A DNA stretch of 64,000 nt from Octopus bimaculoides (GCF_001194135.2 NC_068988.1:4168738-4232737), one strand, 5' to 3'. Counted from the stretch's first letter, positions 10,393 through 25,712 are shown. Notes: generated by a model from the sequence alone, not told the origin. Program-made: numbers and translations.

Positions 10393-10404
10393 GTATCTTT
10401 TGAA

Positions 10405-10546
<142 letters not shown>

Positions 10547-11649
10547 TTACATCTGACATTCTATGCAATCATTGCATTGTATTGTTGGTGCTACGTTTTG
10601 GTTTTATTTCCTAAGAGAATAACTGTTTCTCAACTAATCAGAGAAAGAAGATTAACAGTTTTACCTGATTATGTCAGTAAAATAACATGCTTAGTTAGGT
10701 TGAGTTGGCAAAAATACTGAAACATATCTTTAGTTATAACTTCTATAACTGCTGATATGATTAAAATAAAATTATTCATTGAGCTTAATGTTGTCTTTTC
10801 TTGTTACATAATTATTGCTAATTAATTTCTGATACTTATTGTATAAGTATGCTAACACTCACCTTACCATTAGCAATTGCAATCCTGCTATTAGCATAGT
10901 TTTAATCCACAAAGTTCGAATTAATAAGTAAGCATTTGAAATACTGTGTTCCATTCGTTTGTATTAATGATTTCCATTGTGGATGTATACCTCACATTTA
11001 GAGAGAAAAGGAAATGGAAATTTGGAGATTTCAAGCCTTACAATAAGTGTGAAGTGGTTCTGAGTATATAACAAAACCAATTCATTGCTTTGGTATTCAA
11101 ACTTCTTACTGATGCATTATAGAACAGGCTGTGTTAATGTGTATTATATCAATGCATATTCTACAGCAGTCATATGAATTCACAATTGAGTAGAAGTTTG
11201 TTTGCATTCCTGTTGTGTTCGAAGTGTGTTGAAGTTATATTTTCTTACTGACAGAGAGAGAGGGAGAAAGAGAGAGGGGGGGGGGAGAAGTGTAGCATAT
11301 CAGAAGGATTGGTGCAAATTAATACAATTGGTGCAGTTGATAAGAATAACTGACATCGAGGGAAATTCCATCTTTCTTGTAGTGTATTATTGTTATTATT
11401 ACTTTCCAGTTTTATTCAGGTAATGTGCTTTCACTGCATACTTTAGCAGAGTTTCGTTTCTCTCGGATACATATGTATGGAATGTTATCAGTTCATAAAT
11501 CTGCAATGTTGCGAGGTACTCACAGTTCTCCACCAGTTTGACAATACAGATGGTGATATCAGCTCTTACAATCGAAACAGGATTACTGACGCAGCTGAGT
11601 TGCAATATTCACATGGGAACCAAGCCTCAGTGTAAATCAACTGAACAGT

Positions 11650-12150
11650 TTATTTTGAAGGATTTTTATCATGGAGTCTATGGACAACTATCAGAAATCT
11701 ATGGCCCTGGAAATGTTACCAGCGGATACTGCCAGTTTGAAGTACCATCAACTGGGCCTACCTGGGAAGCACACTGAGTGACAAAGCCATTCTGCATGGT
11801 CTCAAGTAATGCTGACTTGTGGAGTTGTTTCAGATATCTGCTGTTGTGAACAGAAAAGATTTAACCATCATGCTGATTGTCCTGTTGTCTTCTTCTTTTC
11901 ACTGCTCTGATGTTGATGCTGACATCATATTCCACAGTCAAGATTGAAATGACTTAAGTTAAATCTTTAGCAACTTCTCCATGAAAATGGTGAAAAAAGT
12001 AATTCTCTGAGTTAATTTGCTGGAACAAGGGAGAGAATATGGAGGCTAGGCCACCTGATGGTGGATGGATCAGTCTTATATGCCAGTAGGCTAAAAAAGG
12101 ACAGCTACAGGAGGAGATTTACCATATGTACTGAGGTACTCAGAGTAACC
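11650..12150 (+). mobile_element. Highly decayed RTE-like LINE RT relic
   Basis: YLGSTLSDKA at 11759-11788 and WRLGHL near 12040 occur in the expected order. The sequence between them does not translate cleanly. Confidence 0.3.
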
Positions 12151-12269
12151 CTGTGATCTCAGAGATTCCTTAACTGACAATAGGTAGCTGCCCACCGACT
12201 GAGACATCTCATTCTCTTCTTTTAGTATTATGTTGTTTACCATGATTGTTTCTCCATAACTGATTCAAT

Positions 12270-12770
12270 GTAAAACCCAATATACCCATCATGACAACCC
12301 TTCTAATAAGGGTATACCAGGCACATGCATTAACCATATGTGCATGACATGGTGATCTCATATCAAGATAAACTGCATGACTGTGCAGGTGAGGTGCAGA
12401 TAGAATTTTCTTCATGTTGAGTAGCTCATTCCACTCAAAAGACCCCTGAATAAGGGTTGTTTAAGGATGCTGAATGAAACACCCATGTTTCAAGAGGTGA
12501 ATTATTCAAACCCCAAAGAATTCCTCTCAACACATGGCTATGATGCTCCCCACTACTTCTGCTTGTGATCAGTGTTGCACATATTTTCAGCCACCAAGAG
12601 ACATGTTCAGCTGGTTATGGTCAAGCAACTGACAAGCAAACCTGTGGTATTGAGCAGAATATTTGCTGTAGCCCATCTTTTATACTCAGACAAAACAATG
12701 TACATGGTAACACTTGCAATTAATTAAGATGAGAAGCCATGAGAGCCACTGCCTGGTACTGCATCAAGGC

Positions 12771-12773
<3 letters not shown>
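12270..12773. mobile_element. Unclassified interspersed repeat (family E), ending at (ATT)n
   Basis: 12634-12773 is clearly homologous to 61437-61581, and both stop at the same point before (ATT)n. The left boundary is uncertain. No tRNA head or TIR was seen. Confidence 0.6.
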
Positions 12774-12810
<37 letters not shown>

Positions 12811-13996
12811 GGTGGTGGTGGTGGTGGTAGTAGTATCAAACCAGAATTGTTAGTGCATCAGACAAAATCACTTTTCAATATTTGTTCCAGTTGTTTTCTT
12901 TCTAAGTTCAAATCTCAGAATAGCCAACTTTTCCTTTCATTTTCTGATGGTCCAGTGACTCACAAGAGTATCAGACACATTTCATCTTTCCTGGGCCTTG
13001 TAACTGATGTACACTCACCTAACAAAACTTTCCCCCTCCAATATAAAGAGAACAATAAATAATACATTATTGCAGGAAGCCAACCAGTCTGAAAAAAAAC
13101 TTAGTGGATGCATTTGAAAGGTATTTCAATGGTGTATATACATTAGGTGTGGTACACAGAGAGCTATTTTTATTTAATGCTATTTCAACTACATACATCA
13201 AAGCTGTTTTCATAAATTATTCATTATTTTCAAAATCAGTTAAAATAAAGGCAAATTATTCCAATAAAAATATGGTAACAAAGCTGTGAAACCAGACAAG
13301 AGAACATTGGATCTCACAAACAATAGAATCAAAACACATGGAATGAAGACATTCAAAAACCACTGAAGTCAGACTGGCATGATATAATATACACAGTCAT
13401 GATGTAGATATTGACGAAGAATATGCTAATGGTAAAGTGATCTTGATTATGACAATGATAATGATGATGAGCATAATGATATTGGTGGTAAACTTTGATA
13501 GTATATTAAACGTGATTATCATTGTTTTATTTGCCAAAATGAAGAATTAAATGGTTTTTAGAAAGTCTATTTGGATGTATTACTTTCAATGTCCTGCTAA
13601 CGAAAGAAATTATGATTCTTAAGGATCGTCCAACTCATAACTGAATACAAAGTGGTTGTTAATCTTAAAAATAAATAATTATGTTCTTGGATTAAGCATG
13701 TTTATTGTTGAATGTATGTACATCAACTCTGATGGCATTCTTTCAAGAGGGAGAAATTTTCATTCTGAAAGAAATTTAGGTGTAATTTATATTGAATATT
13801 AGATACAATTTCTAAATGTTTTCAAACAGAATGTCTTTTTGAATGCTGGTCAAAATTTTCAGAGAAATTGATATCCTGTTTCAAACAGAATTATAACATT
13901 AATGCATAGTAGCCTCATAGATCAAAACAGTTCAAACCACATTAAAAATTCAAATTATTGCTTATTTTATTACTCTTTGGAATGAGTTTGTGGCAT

Positions 13997-14000
<4 letters not shown>

Positions 14001-14063
<63 letters not shown>
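14001..14063 (+). repeat. (CT)n microsatellite
   Basis: Direct reading. Confidence 0.95.
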
Positions 14064-14068
<5 letters not shown>

Positions 14069-17000
14069 TCTCCATGAGTCTCTGGATGATTTATGGTATG
14101 GAATGCTTAATAGGATTAATATTTCTTCAATTTATTGAAGGTTTATATTTGCTGAAAATAAAGTTAGGTAGATAAATAGGATATTAGATAGTGAGTTCAG
14201 GAAAGATAAAAGTTATATAGAAAGATGATTACATTAAGAGTTTGAAAGTTGAACAAAATAGAAAGACAGACTAAAGTATTCTATCAGCAAACAGCTTCAG
14301 GGAAATTTAAATATATATGAGGATGGGAAAAAAATATGTTTCTTTCCTGGACATATTTCTTCCCGCATCCCATACATCCCATATTCTCCACCTTTAACAT
14401 GTTTTATATTTATGAAGTCTCACCATTAACAATAACATAAATTCAAAACGACACATCTCTTGCCAGGTTTTCACTCTTCAATTTTTTTCTTGTTTTCTTT
14501 TTTAGACTATTACTGACAGTTTCTCATACCAGACCAATGAGATTCATAGATATATCACATCTAACTTTAACCATATCTGTAGATTTGACATTTATTTGGT
14601 ATATGACATAATATGACAATGCAGATAGCCATAGCTGAGTCAGTTAGTACCAAACAACCAGTTGAGGGAACAGTGGTAGGTATCAATTAGACCAATATCA
14701 CATTTTACATGTGGTCAGTCATCTCACACCTCCTGGCATTGTTTTTGTTGTTGTTTAGTCTTAAGTCAACCCTGGATGAGTTGACCTGTGATCAAAAGCA
14801 TTCCAGATTTGACCATTCGGATCTGGAGAATCAGTTGGGTCCAGGACAGTTTTTAATCAATGAGTAGATAGTAAGTTGTAGACCAAGAAAAGTAACAGAG
14901 ATATATTAAAAGTGAGCTGCATGCAGGAAATGAAGGGAATAAGTAAATAATTGGATAGAAATTTTAATTGGGATAATTAAAGTTATGGATATAAAATATA
15001 GTGCCTTGACAATTTACAGAGAATGTGATAATCACTTGGACTTTGTGTGTATATACACATATATATGCACACTCACACGCACACACAAATATGGATTACA
15101 TACACACACACACCATATATATAATGGCCTACAATAACTTTATTGTCAAGTTAATTTACACGGCTACACTCACCCGGTTAAATCTGTACCTCTACTCTTC
15201 CACTTCTTCAAAAGAAACTTGACAACCATTTGAGGGTAAAAATTATGTAAAGTTACAATTATTTAGTATGGAACCTTGATACATGCCACTTGAGTAAAAA
15301 GTAGTAAGACAATAATTACAATAATAAGAAACATTGATGATGATGATGATAATGAAGTAAGAAGGTATGGTGATGGCAGCAAAGACAACAAGGAGGAGGG
15401 GAGAGAGAGGAGGCGGTGTGAGTGGATAATGAAAGTTTTCTGTCGCTTTATAAAAACCAGATGTGGAGAATCATTATTTACAATCTATCCTAAATAGTCA
15501 GTCTTTTGTTTTCTGTCTTGTGGTACATTCTAAAACAAAGCATGGGCAGCTTGCATAAATTAAGAATGGAATTGCTTTTATACACAGCCATTTGGCACCT
15601 TTTCAATTAGATATCAAGAGAGTTTTTCATTGACAAAGGATAGAGACACAAAATTATGCCAATAGCAAGAATGCAGTCGATTCATTCAATGGAAGCCGTA
15701 TTAAATGAAATGATACATTTCTGAAGAAATAATAGTGCTTCTTTAGAATGTATGGTAACATCTGATACTGATTTTAGCTTTAATGATCTAAATTTGATGA
15801 ATATAATGTGAAATAATGTATCTAATTTTATAATTATGATTCTTGTTATCTGGTAAAGTAAGATTCATAAATCTATTATATATTCAATGAATCTTTTAAA
15901 CATTGTCACTATAACTATTTAATGTAAACAGGATTGAGGAGATACTGACAACCATCTAAGGGGCTTAGAATTCCCAGGTAGAAACTCAGCACTGTATCAT
16001 GGTTAAGATTTACCTATTACTGCAAAATACACATTGTTGTACACAGGTACCCTAGAAAGGTGCACATCACTACAATTAGCTGTGATGCTAGTACTTAAAT
16101 TCGTCTTGTGTTTCAGTGACTTACAAACTGGATTTAAGCCTTTCTATGTCAAGGTTTTTTTCAGGTGAAGACTTGTGTTTCCTCTGTGCAACACTCCAGA
16201 AATTAGTATTAAACCTAAGAGGTCATCAGAAGAGATTCTGTTTTTGTAATATAATCTTTGTATTCAGCTGTTTACAAGCACTTAAATCATTAATCAGATA
16301 CTTAATTGCCATAATTTACCATAATGAATGCATCCAAGAATTTCTGGTAGATTTACTTTATCTGAATTAAAGTAGGATTTTAGATTACTATCAAAAAAGA
16401 AAAAAAAATCAACCAAATTCTTGTGCATTACAGAGTTATTTCTGGCAGTTGTTTCTATAGCATAATGTTGCATTGGATGCACCATCCCATGATACTGTAA
16501 CTACAAAACTTTAGGCTTCTAAGACTTAAGTAATTTGCTTATGTTATAAGCAACTCGGTTAAAATCTCAGTGGTTTTGGGATACAAACAGTTGAACATTT
16601 GACTTGTAAGATGACATTGTAAAACTCTTAGAATATATATTTTTCCTTTATTCTTCTTTTAAAGATTTCAGTCAACGGGTTGTGGCCATACTGGGGCAAT
16701 ACAATCAAGGGCTTTTATCACTTATTTCAGTTGTAGTACTTTGAGAATTATTTCACTTATCACAAGCTTCCAATATTCAGACAGGTTATAAACTCAGCCA
16801 TCAGTATTTCTATTGGAATATACTAGTTTTTACCAACTCCACTGACTTGAGTGCAGGAACAAAATCTGTTTAGCAGGGTTGCTAGCCCAGGTCCTACCAA
16901 GGATGTTAAGAGGATTTTCATTGACCCCCAAAATTTTAGGGGGTGCTCTTATCCCCCCTCCCCCGAACCACCTGTTCCTGAACCTATGCCCACTGATATA

Positions 17001-17387
17001 AACATATCAATCTATCTAGTTATATGATCTTAACTGAATGTTGAAGGAGGACCTGTGGTTGGTCAGTCAGATCTTCAGGTGTCTTTTATTGCTCCAATAC
17101 ATCACTGCACTTGCACCATCTCACTGGGATCCTTGGATCCAAACTCGTTTTCATGTACAATGGTTCCTCTATTGAATTGGTTATCAAGTAGACATATGCA
17201 GCCCCTTTACAGGAGCAACTTGCCGCTGTGCTATGGTTGGGTCTTTTAGCTAAGGTTCATTTAGTCTTTGATGAGCAGCTAAAAGAGGTTGTCAACATAT
17301 GTTTATGGAATAGTTTTCTCTGCATGTGTGTGTGTGTGTGTGTGTGGTTAAATGCTTATTTATTAATCTTGAAAAGGCCTTACCTAT

Positions 17388-17515
17388 CAACCAAATCCAC
17401 TCATAGGGCTTTGATCGATTATAGTAGAAGGCACTTACTTGAAAATCCATGCAGTGGGACTAAATCCAAAATCATATTCGAAGCTAAATTATTGCCACAC
17501 TGCTACGCCTGCACT
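17388..17515 (-). mobile_element. SINE family A, degraded 5' part
   Basis: CCAAATCCACTCA...TATAGTAGAAG...CAGTGGGACT matches the reverse complement of 48378-48520. Confidence 0.65.
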
Positions 17516-17806
17516 TGTGTGCATGTGTGTGTGTGTTTCTCTGTATATCAATCTGTCTATATATGCGTGTGTGTATAATATTCAGTAAGGTGATATACTG
17601 TAAAGTGAAATGAAGCAAGCAGCCAGGAATGGCAAAAATAAACAGAAGCAACATTCAAACAAAGCAAAACTTGTTTCACTTCCTTCCCTTTCTCATCAAC
17701 TGCTGCCTTTCCTCAATTTCTTTTGCCTTTTTGTGAGAGACATAAACACAACATACACTGAAGCACAAACATCACTAATCTTCAAATCTATAACAATAAA
17801 CAAACA

Positions 17807-17849
<43 letters not shown>

Positions 17850-18051
17850 AATCAACATTATCATCATCGGCATCTTCATCATCATCATCATAATTTAATG
17901 TCCGATGTCCATATTGGCATGGGTGTATATGTATATATATAATTTATTGGTTTACATTCAAATATAACTATAAACACGCACACCTCTCTCTTCTCTCTCT
18001 CTCTCTATATATATGTGTATGTGTGCGTATATATGTATGTATGTATATTAT

Positions 18052-18098
<47 letters not shown>

Positions 18099-19139
18099 AA
18101 ATATATATATATAAAAACATATTGTTTGTTTTATATTCACATTTATATGTTATTTAACTCCAGAACAGCCTGTGATATATATAATGAAAGATGTTTCACT
18201 CATAATCATCTCATCTTTATTTCAAATAGTTTGTTAAGTACCATATTATCCACTAGAAGGCATGTGTATGTGTGTGTGATTTCAAATAGATTTGACTGTT
18301 ATTTCTAGCAGGCCAGATAGTCACGTTGAAGCTCCATTATAGGTGAGTGATCATCAGGAGTGATTCTGCTTAATTGTTATCAATTTGGTTATTTGAAGAT
18401 TGCTGTAAATCTGTGGTAAATTGAAATTAACATAGGTAAGTAGTGTCGTCCATCCTGAATGATAATCATTTGCATTGATTAGTAAGCTTTGAAATTGAAA
18501 AGCAGGAAATAGCTACCAAATATCTGATGCACAAAAAGGATAGAGATACAGGAAATTCATTCGAGTGTGACAACCAATATCATTAGTAGCTGTCTGAGAA
18601 TCTGACTGTCAAACTATGCAAATCATTGAAGAATTCCAAACTATAATTTTCATAAACTTTTATTTGGTCAGCCAGAAAAGCTTTGCAGTTTGTTGAATAA
18701 CCATCTCTTATTCTGATAAAACAAAAATAGAAATAAATATTGAACATAGACATATGTGTGTGTGAATGCTTTTCCCAAAGACTCACAGATTCCAGTACAA
18801 TCTGGAGCCTATTCTACATGAATCACACATCCTGTTTGCATCGAAGACATATACCTAGTGCCGCTTACCATTGTCCATCTCCACAGTCCATGCTACATGC
18901 TATACTCAAACTTCATGTCTGTGATTAAGTCGATTCCACTTTCACACATTTCACCCCTGGATATCATCAGCCATGGGCACATTCACCCTTCCTCATTTCA
19001 AAATACAGACTAACATTCTCTGAACTCCCCCAACCATCAACCGTCCTTTAACTACCTCACATATTTTATCAAGAACACCTATTTCACTTTACCTCATTTT
19101 CTCAAATAATTGTCATTAATTAATTCAATGTACTCAACT

Positions 19140-19640
19140 CTTCTTGGCCCTCATCTTCATAATCACAGACAATATCATTTCCTGGACACATACACATCCT
19201 TCATTCTCTTATGTTAACACTCAAAGACCCCTTTGTCTCTTTCTCAAGTCTAACCCCAGTTTTTTGCCAAATCCCTCTGTCTTTATCCCCTTTGGCTTAT
19301 TTGGTCATCGCTTAATCATAATAACTCACCAAATATCCTTTTACTAAGCAATCCCTTTCACCATCACCCTGCACCCACTGACACTTCAAGCTATTTGCAG
19401 TTGTGTCAGGATATTCTATCCCTGACAGCAAACAAGAACAAGTTTAGAAGATAACCAAAACTTGTGTAACAGTTTCTCTGCACTCTGTACAAAAGTGCCA
19501 TCACTCCAAATTAGCTGACTCTAGCAGATATGCCACAGCAACTCCTGTGAAGAAGGTTGTCTATAATTCTACCAACGCACTAATTTTACCAACTTCTATT
19601 AACTCATGAAAGACTAAAAGACAAGCTACATGCCTCCCTC
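19140..19640 (+). mobile_element. Very old Neptune-like PLE relic
   Basis: Scattered motifs occur in the expected order: S.P.....IPF near 19250-19290, IPFTITLHP at 19351-19377, KVVYN and KTKRQ near 19555-19625. There are many stops. Confidence 0.35.
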
Positions 19641-22204
19641 TTTTGTCAAAAGGATTTCTACTAATTTTGTAAAATCCTCCACTTCACCATTCCTCAGCCA
19701 GGAAGACTATGATTTGCATCCATCTCACACTACACACATTCAGCAAAACTACCAAAAGACTTCTTAACCATTCTACTAGTCTCACCATAAAATACACATA
19801 AATGCAATATGTGAAAATCTCTGGTTGTTCTAAGCCATCAAGATTATTAACCTTGGCAATGCCATTTCTGAACCTCTCAAACAGAGAGCGCCAGAGCTGG
19901 CCTATCTCTCACCAAATTCTTCAATCCAAGTCATAAGCTTCATTTCAGAACATACAAACACACAGCATGCAAACTAGTCTCCCTCTGTCCTCCCTCCTTG
20001 AATTCTGATGTATCCTAAAACAAGCTCCCCAAGATCAATCACACTTACGCTTCTTCTACAAGCATTGACTTACAGTTGTTCAGGCTGGAAGATCAACTGC
20101 TTCATTCTGACCAGTTTCTCAATAGAACTGCCTAACTATATCATAAAACACCTACCCACACCCTACCACACACACAGCACAAATGCGTATGTATGTGTAT
20201 TTGTTTTATCACTATATATATGCTTTGTTACCCTAAAATCCTTACACATTTTTCTCAAGCTTTGACACGCAAAGAATTTTAATAACCTAGTTGTACGAAG
20301 AGAGTTTAGAATCATGAATCACAGAGGCTGTAGTGATTACTGAATTTGATGATGATGATGATGATGATGAAGATGGTGATGATGAAGATGGTGATGATGA
20401 AGATGGTGATGTTTTCACTGAAACCCTGTTGATTGAAAAGATTATTCAATATGCAATATACCACAAAGATAAATCCTTTTAAACTTGTAGCAGATATATT
20501 TAATGGTAATGGTAACAGATACAATCTGAAGCGTATTTTAAATGTTTGTGTTTGTGTCAAGTAGAGTTTGTTTGGTTCCTTTCCATAAATCTCACCGAGA
20601 ATCACATAAAAACATAGAGAAAACATTGAAAATTTAAGCATACTTAAAACATTACTGTTAAGAAGTGAAAGAATAGAATTTGAGAAGAATCTGTAGTGGC
20701 AAATATGGCATATGGCATTTTTGAAAGTGTCATTTTTGTAGAAATTAAGGAATATTTATGAAAACTAAATCATATTCTTCAATTTGGATCAATGATAAAG
20801 AAATTGTTGTGGTGGGAGATATTTTAAAGAATAAATAAGATCCAGTCTGAGTAGATTAACTTTGTGAAATGTAGTAGAATGAAGGTGTAATCTGATTTAT
20901 CGAAAGATTATTTTGGTATAAATATCTTTATCACTACTTTGAACCTTCTCCTCGTGAAATATTCAACAGATTCACTCTGACATACAAGTGCTAAAGGTAA
21001 TAATATGCCAAAAGTCATTTTATTACATTTCAACTCCATTAATAACTCTAGTTGTATGCTTTTCCTTATCATCATTTTAACATTTACTTTTCTATACATG
21101 CATACATAAGTCAAGCAGAGTTGTAGAGCTAGATGTTTTTGCAAGTGGATGCTCTTCCTGTTGCCACTCCTCATCTGTTTCCAAGCAAGGTAATACTTTC
21201 CCATGTCTTCGTTTCATGGAACACTGGAAAGGAACACCACCATTTCTAAGACAACTACTGTGCAGTATCAAGACAAAAAGTCATAAATACACATAAATGC
21301 ACATATATGATGGGTTTCTTCCAGCTTTTGTCTACCAATTCCACTCACAAGTTTTCGGTTAGCTTGGGGCTATATTCGAAGACACTCAAATTATTATATA
21401 CAGTCATTATTATTACTTTATATATTTTTCTATTGAAATTCCACACCCAGTGGCTCTGCCTATGCTGACCACTGTGGTGGATTAAACAGAATATTTAATT
21501 AGATTTTCCACTGCTATATGTGACTGCAGGTCACTACATTTGAGGCTAGAGAATGTCCATCTGCTGTCTGAAAAGCGATATTTCATATGTTTATAATCCA
21601 GCCTACATAACTGTGAATATATGTCATCATGAAATATAACTGACCACAGTAATAAAGAGAAGCACTGATAATTAATAAGTATTATACTAGATGGCAGAGA
21701 TCAATCAATTATAGCTACAGCTCAAAGACTCACTTTCCTGAAATCTGTGAAACTAATCATCAATTAGTAGTTATGTGTAAATATGAATATTGAAGCAATT
21801 GACTATTAAGGTACTTACAACATATAAATAGGTTAGCTGAGATGGTTATCGTCTCTTGTAATGCCTTCTTCTTGTTCTGGTTAACTCTGCTTTTACCAGA
21901 CAAAGTCAAACAAAGAAGGCCTGCACTAAATTAATGCATACCAATGCCAGGAATGATGCATCATTCACACATATACAAATATCTTGATTTCCATGAAGCA
22001 ATAACAATTTAAGAAATAATGATTTGTCACATTGACATAATGTGATTGATATTGTTGGTGTAGTGTAAACCTCTTTCAATGTATGTGTCTAACACTTACA
22101 TCATTAACTCCAGATGAATGAATCACAGAACCCACTCTGGCAGGATTTGAACCAACGATGCAGACGGATGAAACCAGATATATATCTTTTATTTTTTATT
22201 TTTT

Positions 22205-22548
22205 ATCTTATACTTGTTTCAGTCATTAGACTGCGGCCATGCTGGGACAACACCTTGAAGAATCAATCACACACACACATATCATCATCATCATCATCAT
22301 CGTTTAACGTCCGCTTTCCATGCTAGCATGGGTTGGACGATTTGACTGAGGACTGGTGAAACCGGATATATATATATATATATATGATGGGCTTCTTTCA
22401 GTTTCCATCCACCAGATCCACTCACAAGGTTTTGGTCAGTTCATGACTATAGTAGAAGACACATGACCAAGGTGCCCTGCAGTGGGGCTGAACATGAATC
22501 CATATGGGTGGGAAGCAGGCTTGTTACAGCACCACCATGCTCGCACCT
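22205..22548 (-). mobile_element. Mosaic of SINE family A 3' end, RTE-tail (family C) 3' end and SINE family A 5' part
   Basis: TACTTGTTTCAGTCATTAGACTGCGGCCATGCTG (A tail), CATCGTTTAACGTCCGCTTTCCATGCTAGCATGGGTTGGACG (C tail) and CTTCTTTCAGTTTCCATC...GGTGCC..CAGTGGGGCTGAAC (A head). Confidence 0.75.
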
Positions 22549-23015
22549 AAATAAATAAAAATATTTAGAAAAACATTCCACTATCATCACATGCAATTAT
22601 TGATTAGGAGTTTCCCTTGGTTAGCAAATATTTGAACAGCTAAATATTCTCAGTACTGGTGGAAATGCTTGAATTTTATGGCAATTAGCATCCGTCATTG
22701 TAAATTCCTAATATCAAACGCAACATCTAATTACCCATATATTCAGGTTTGTTTTTAATACACAAGTCATGAAGTACAGCCACTGTCACAGAGATTGGCT
22801 TCCTCACTCAAACTAGATATTAAATGGAAATATGGAAGCTGTTGTCGTTTCAGAGATGAATTCAGTGTGAGGGCATAAGCTATAATATGAAAGATGGTTA
22901 TGAATTAAACATTTTAGGATAGGATTAGCTTGCTGCTCTATACCACTGATGTTTCCACACACACACACACACGCACACACATACATATGTATATAATAAC
23001 ATATACATATGTACG

Positions 23016-23086
<71 letters not shown>

Positions 23087-24458
23087 AATGCATGTGTGTT
23101 TGTACACCTGTATATAGATGTGTAATATGTATGTGTGTGTGTATGCATATATAGATTTGGTGGCATGGAAAGTGAAATCAAACTCAATATGCAAAGCAGA
23201 GCTTATAGATATATCTATTAGCTGTAAAACTATATCAGTGGCAAAAACGTGTGTGTATGTGTGTGTGTCTGTATGTGTGTGTGAAAGAGAGAGTATGTGT
23301 TCACATGCATGTGTGTGTGTATGTATGTGTGAGACTGTTAGTCTCTGAATATCTTCAATTTGTCACCCTTTGTGCAGTAGTTTGGTTGTTTCTGTCTGCC
23401 ATAAACTTTACATTAGTTCAGTCTGTATTTCATCAGTTTTGAGCAAAAACCACTGAAATAAAAATACCCGGTGTTGGTCCTTACTTAAACATCTAAGGAT
23501 TGATAACAGAAAGAGACCATAGAATTCTGCTTCAATAAGTGTTATTGAACCCGCTGCTAGTACCATTAGCTCTTTGGCAACAATCCAATTCTAATCCAGG
23601 TTTAAAACTGTCCAGTCTTTATTATTTACCAAGTCATATGTCCGTCTCACAGAAAATAAACCTATCAAATACTCAAGTCTCATATGAGAATGGGTCATGA
23701 CCATTAAGAATTTTCCTCAAGATTTCTTTTTATTTTAGTTACTTCTCTTTTCAAATTAAAATGCAGTTGAACTCCACAAGAAAAGGTAAACTTCACACCA
23801 CAATGAAAAATGAAACAGTCACACTTTTACAATACTGCATGCAATGATGAGCCATTGCTCAGCATAAAACCTGTTGGTCGCCAGACAGGACAGACGACAG
23901 AGTTATTTGTCTTTGTCCTAGACAAAATGTAACTCTGGAAACCACTACACTTTGTTGTCCAGCATACCGTCATTTCAACCATCAACTATTTTATCAAACA
24001 GGGACTATTTCCACATACACACACACAAATACACATACACACAAACGCACATACATATATGTAATTGTAGCAGAAGCAATGTTATAGTATGTTATAGAGG
24101 CAGCTTGTGATGGAGAGTTTCTCTATCAGTCATATGGCTGATGAGAAGCAAAGAAGATAGGAATGAAAATCAATACAAATCAGATAAAGGTATTAGCTGC
24201 TCTTAGTTGTGTGTAGACAAAATCTGTATTAACAACGTGAGACATTCTGCTACTCTATAATAGCATTTTTTACATATTTTCCCAATATACTATATAATAG
24301 CTTTCATTGAAAATAGAGGAAACGGCTTCTATTTGGTGTGTGTTGTTCTGTGTCAGCAGCAGAGTGTGAATCTTTCTATGCGTATAGATGTGCATATGTT
24401 CATGTGTATTTACAGACAAAAATGTATTTTAAGCTTCATGCAACAGTACACTTATTCT

Positions 24459-24495
<37 letters not shown>

Positions 24496-24621
24496 CTGCG
24501 TGTGTGTATATGTGTATATCTATCTATCTATCTGTCTATCTATCTATCTATATATCTATATATATAGATGTAAGTATGTACATATACATATGTATATATG
24601 AATATATATATATTATTTATA

Positions 24622-24666
<45 letters not shown>

Positions 24667-25350
24667 TAGTAAGAGAGAGAGAGAGATGTACATTTATAAC
24701 AATCAAAACAGATTCCTTTCTTCCCCATCTCTCTTTCTCTCTCTCCCTCTCCCTCCCTCCCCCCTCTCTGCATGCACACATGTGTATGTAATCACCAGCC
24801 ACTGTTGCCTGAGATATACAAGGACATCTAACCATGGCTGAATATTCAGTAGTTCGCATCCTTTCACAGATTCTCTGCAATGTTCATTAGCCACACACTT
24901 AATACACAACAGTTCAATTCAACTTCCATAAATTGTAAAGCAACAAAGACTGGTATTAAATGCTGTGAAATTGCTTAATATTTCATTAGATAGCAATGCT
25001 GAGTTCAGCTCATCCTGGAAAGATTTTCAGAAAAGTGAGAAATCTCACCATTCCCAGCTATTTGTTCAAAAACACCACAGTGTTGTGTTAGCATTAGGAA
25101 CAGATTAAAGTATGGAGAAAGGGGATATTTTCAAATTCTCACGCATGTGTTTATACCTCCAGTGTTTGTTGCACATCTATGATTTCAAAATGGTTTCTAA
25201 GAACTTGGGGAAATGATTTTGTGGAAAGCAAACTATAAATACTACATGCTATGAGAATCCTTGCAATTTCATATTGAAAGCTTTGTTCCTAGAGAATGAG
25301 TAAAAGAAACAAGTGACTTAAGCATGCACTTTGCATCGTCTATCTCCAAT

Positions 25351-25712
25351 AGGCATAGGAGTGGCTGTCTGGTAAGTAGCTTGCTTCCCAACCACACGGT
25401 TCTGGGTTCGTGTCTTCTATTATAGCCTCAGGCCAACCAAAGCGTTGTGAGTGGATTTGGTAGATGGAAACTGAAAGAAGACCATCGTATATATATATAT
25501 ATATATATGCATATGTTTGTGTGTCTGTGTTTGTCCTCCTATCACTTGACAACCAATGCTGGTGTGTTTACATCCCCATAGCTTAGCAGTTTGGCAAATG
25601 AGACCAATAGAATAAGTACTAGGCTTACAAAGAATAAGTCTTGGGGTCAATTTGCTTGACTAAAGGTGGTGCTTTAGCATGGCTGCAGTCAAACGACAGA
25701 AACAAATAAAAT
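25351..25712 (+). mobile_element. SINE family A (tRNA-like head, internal (TA)n), near full-length with an internal deletion
   Basis: Colinear with 48378-48762 but lacks the CAGTCCCACTG...CTTGGGCAA segment. Confidence 0.85.

Noticed and set aside
13076-13120. 45-nt symmetric open exon candidate (KPTSLKKNLVDAFE)
   Set aside because: Weak pyrimidine tract and no homology; expected by chance in 64 kb.
16880-17250. hAT-like terminal sequence and DGASAVM motif
   Set aside because: No partner TIR or TSD was found, and the protein similarity is only a few residues.
22110-22165. GGTTCAAATCC T-loop on the minus strand as a tRNA gene
   Set aside because: No A-box or cloverleaf; at most a SINE remnant. 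No intact tRNA gene was seen in the window.
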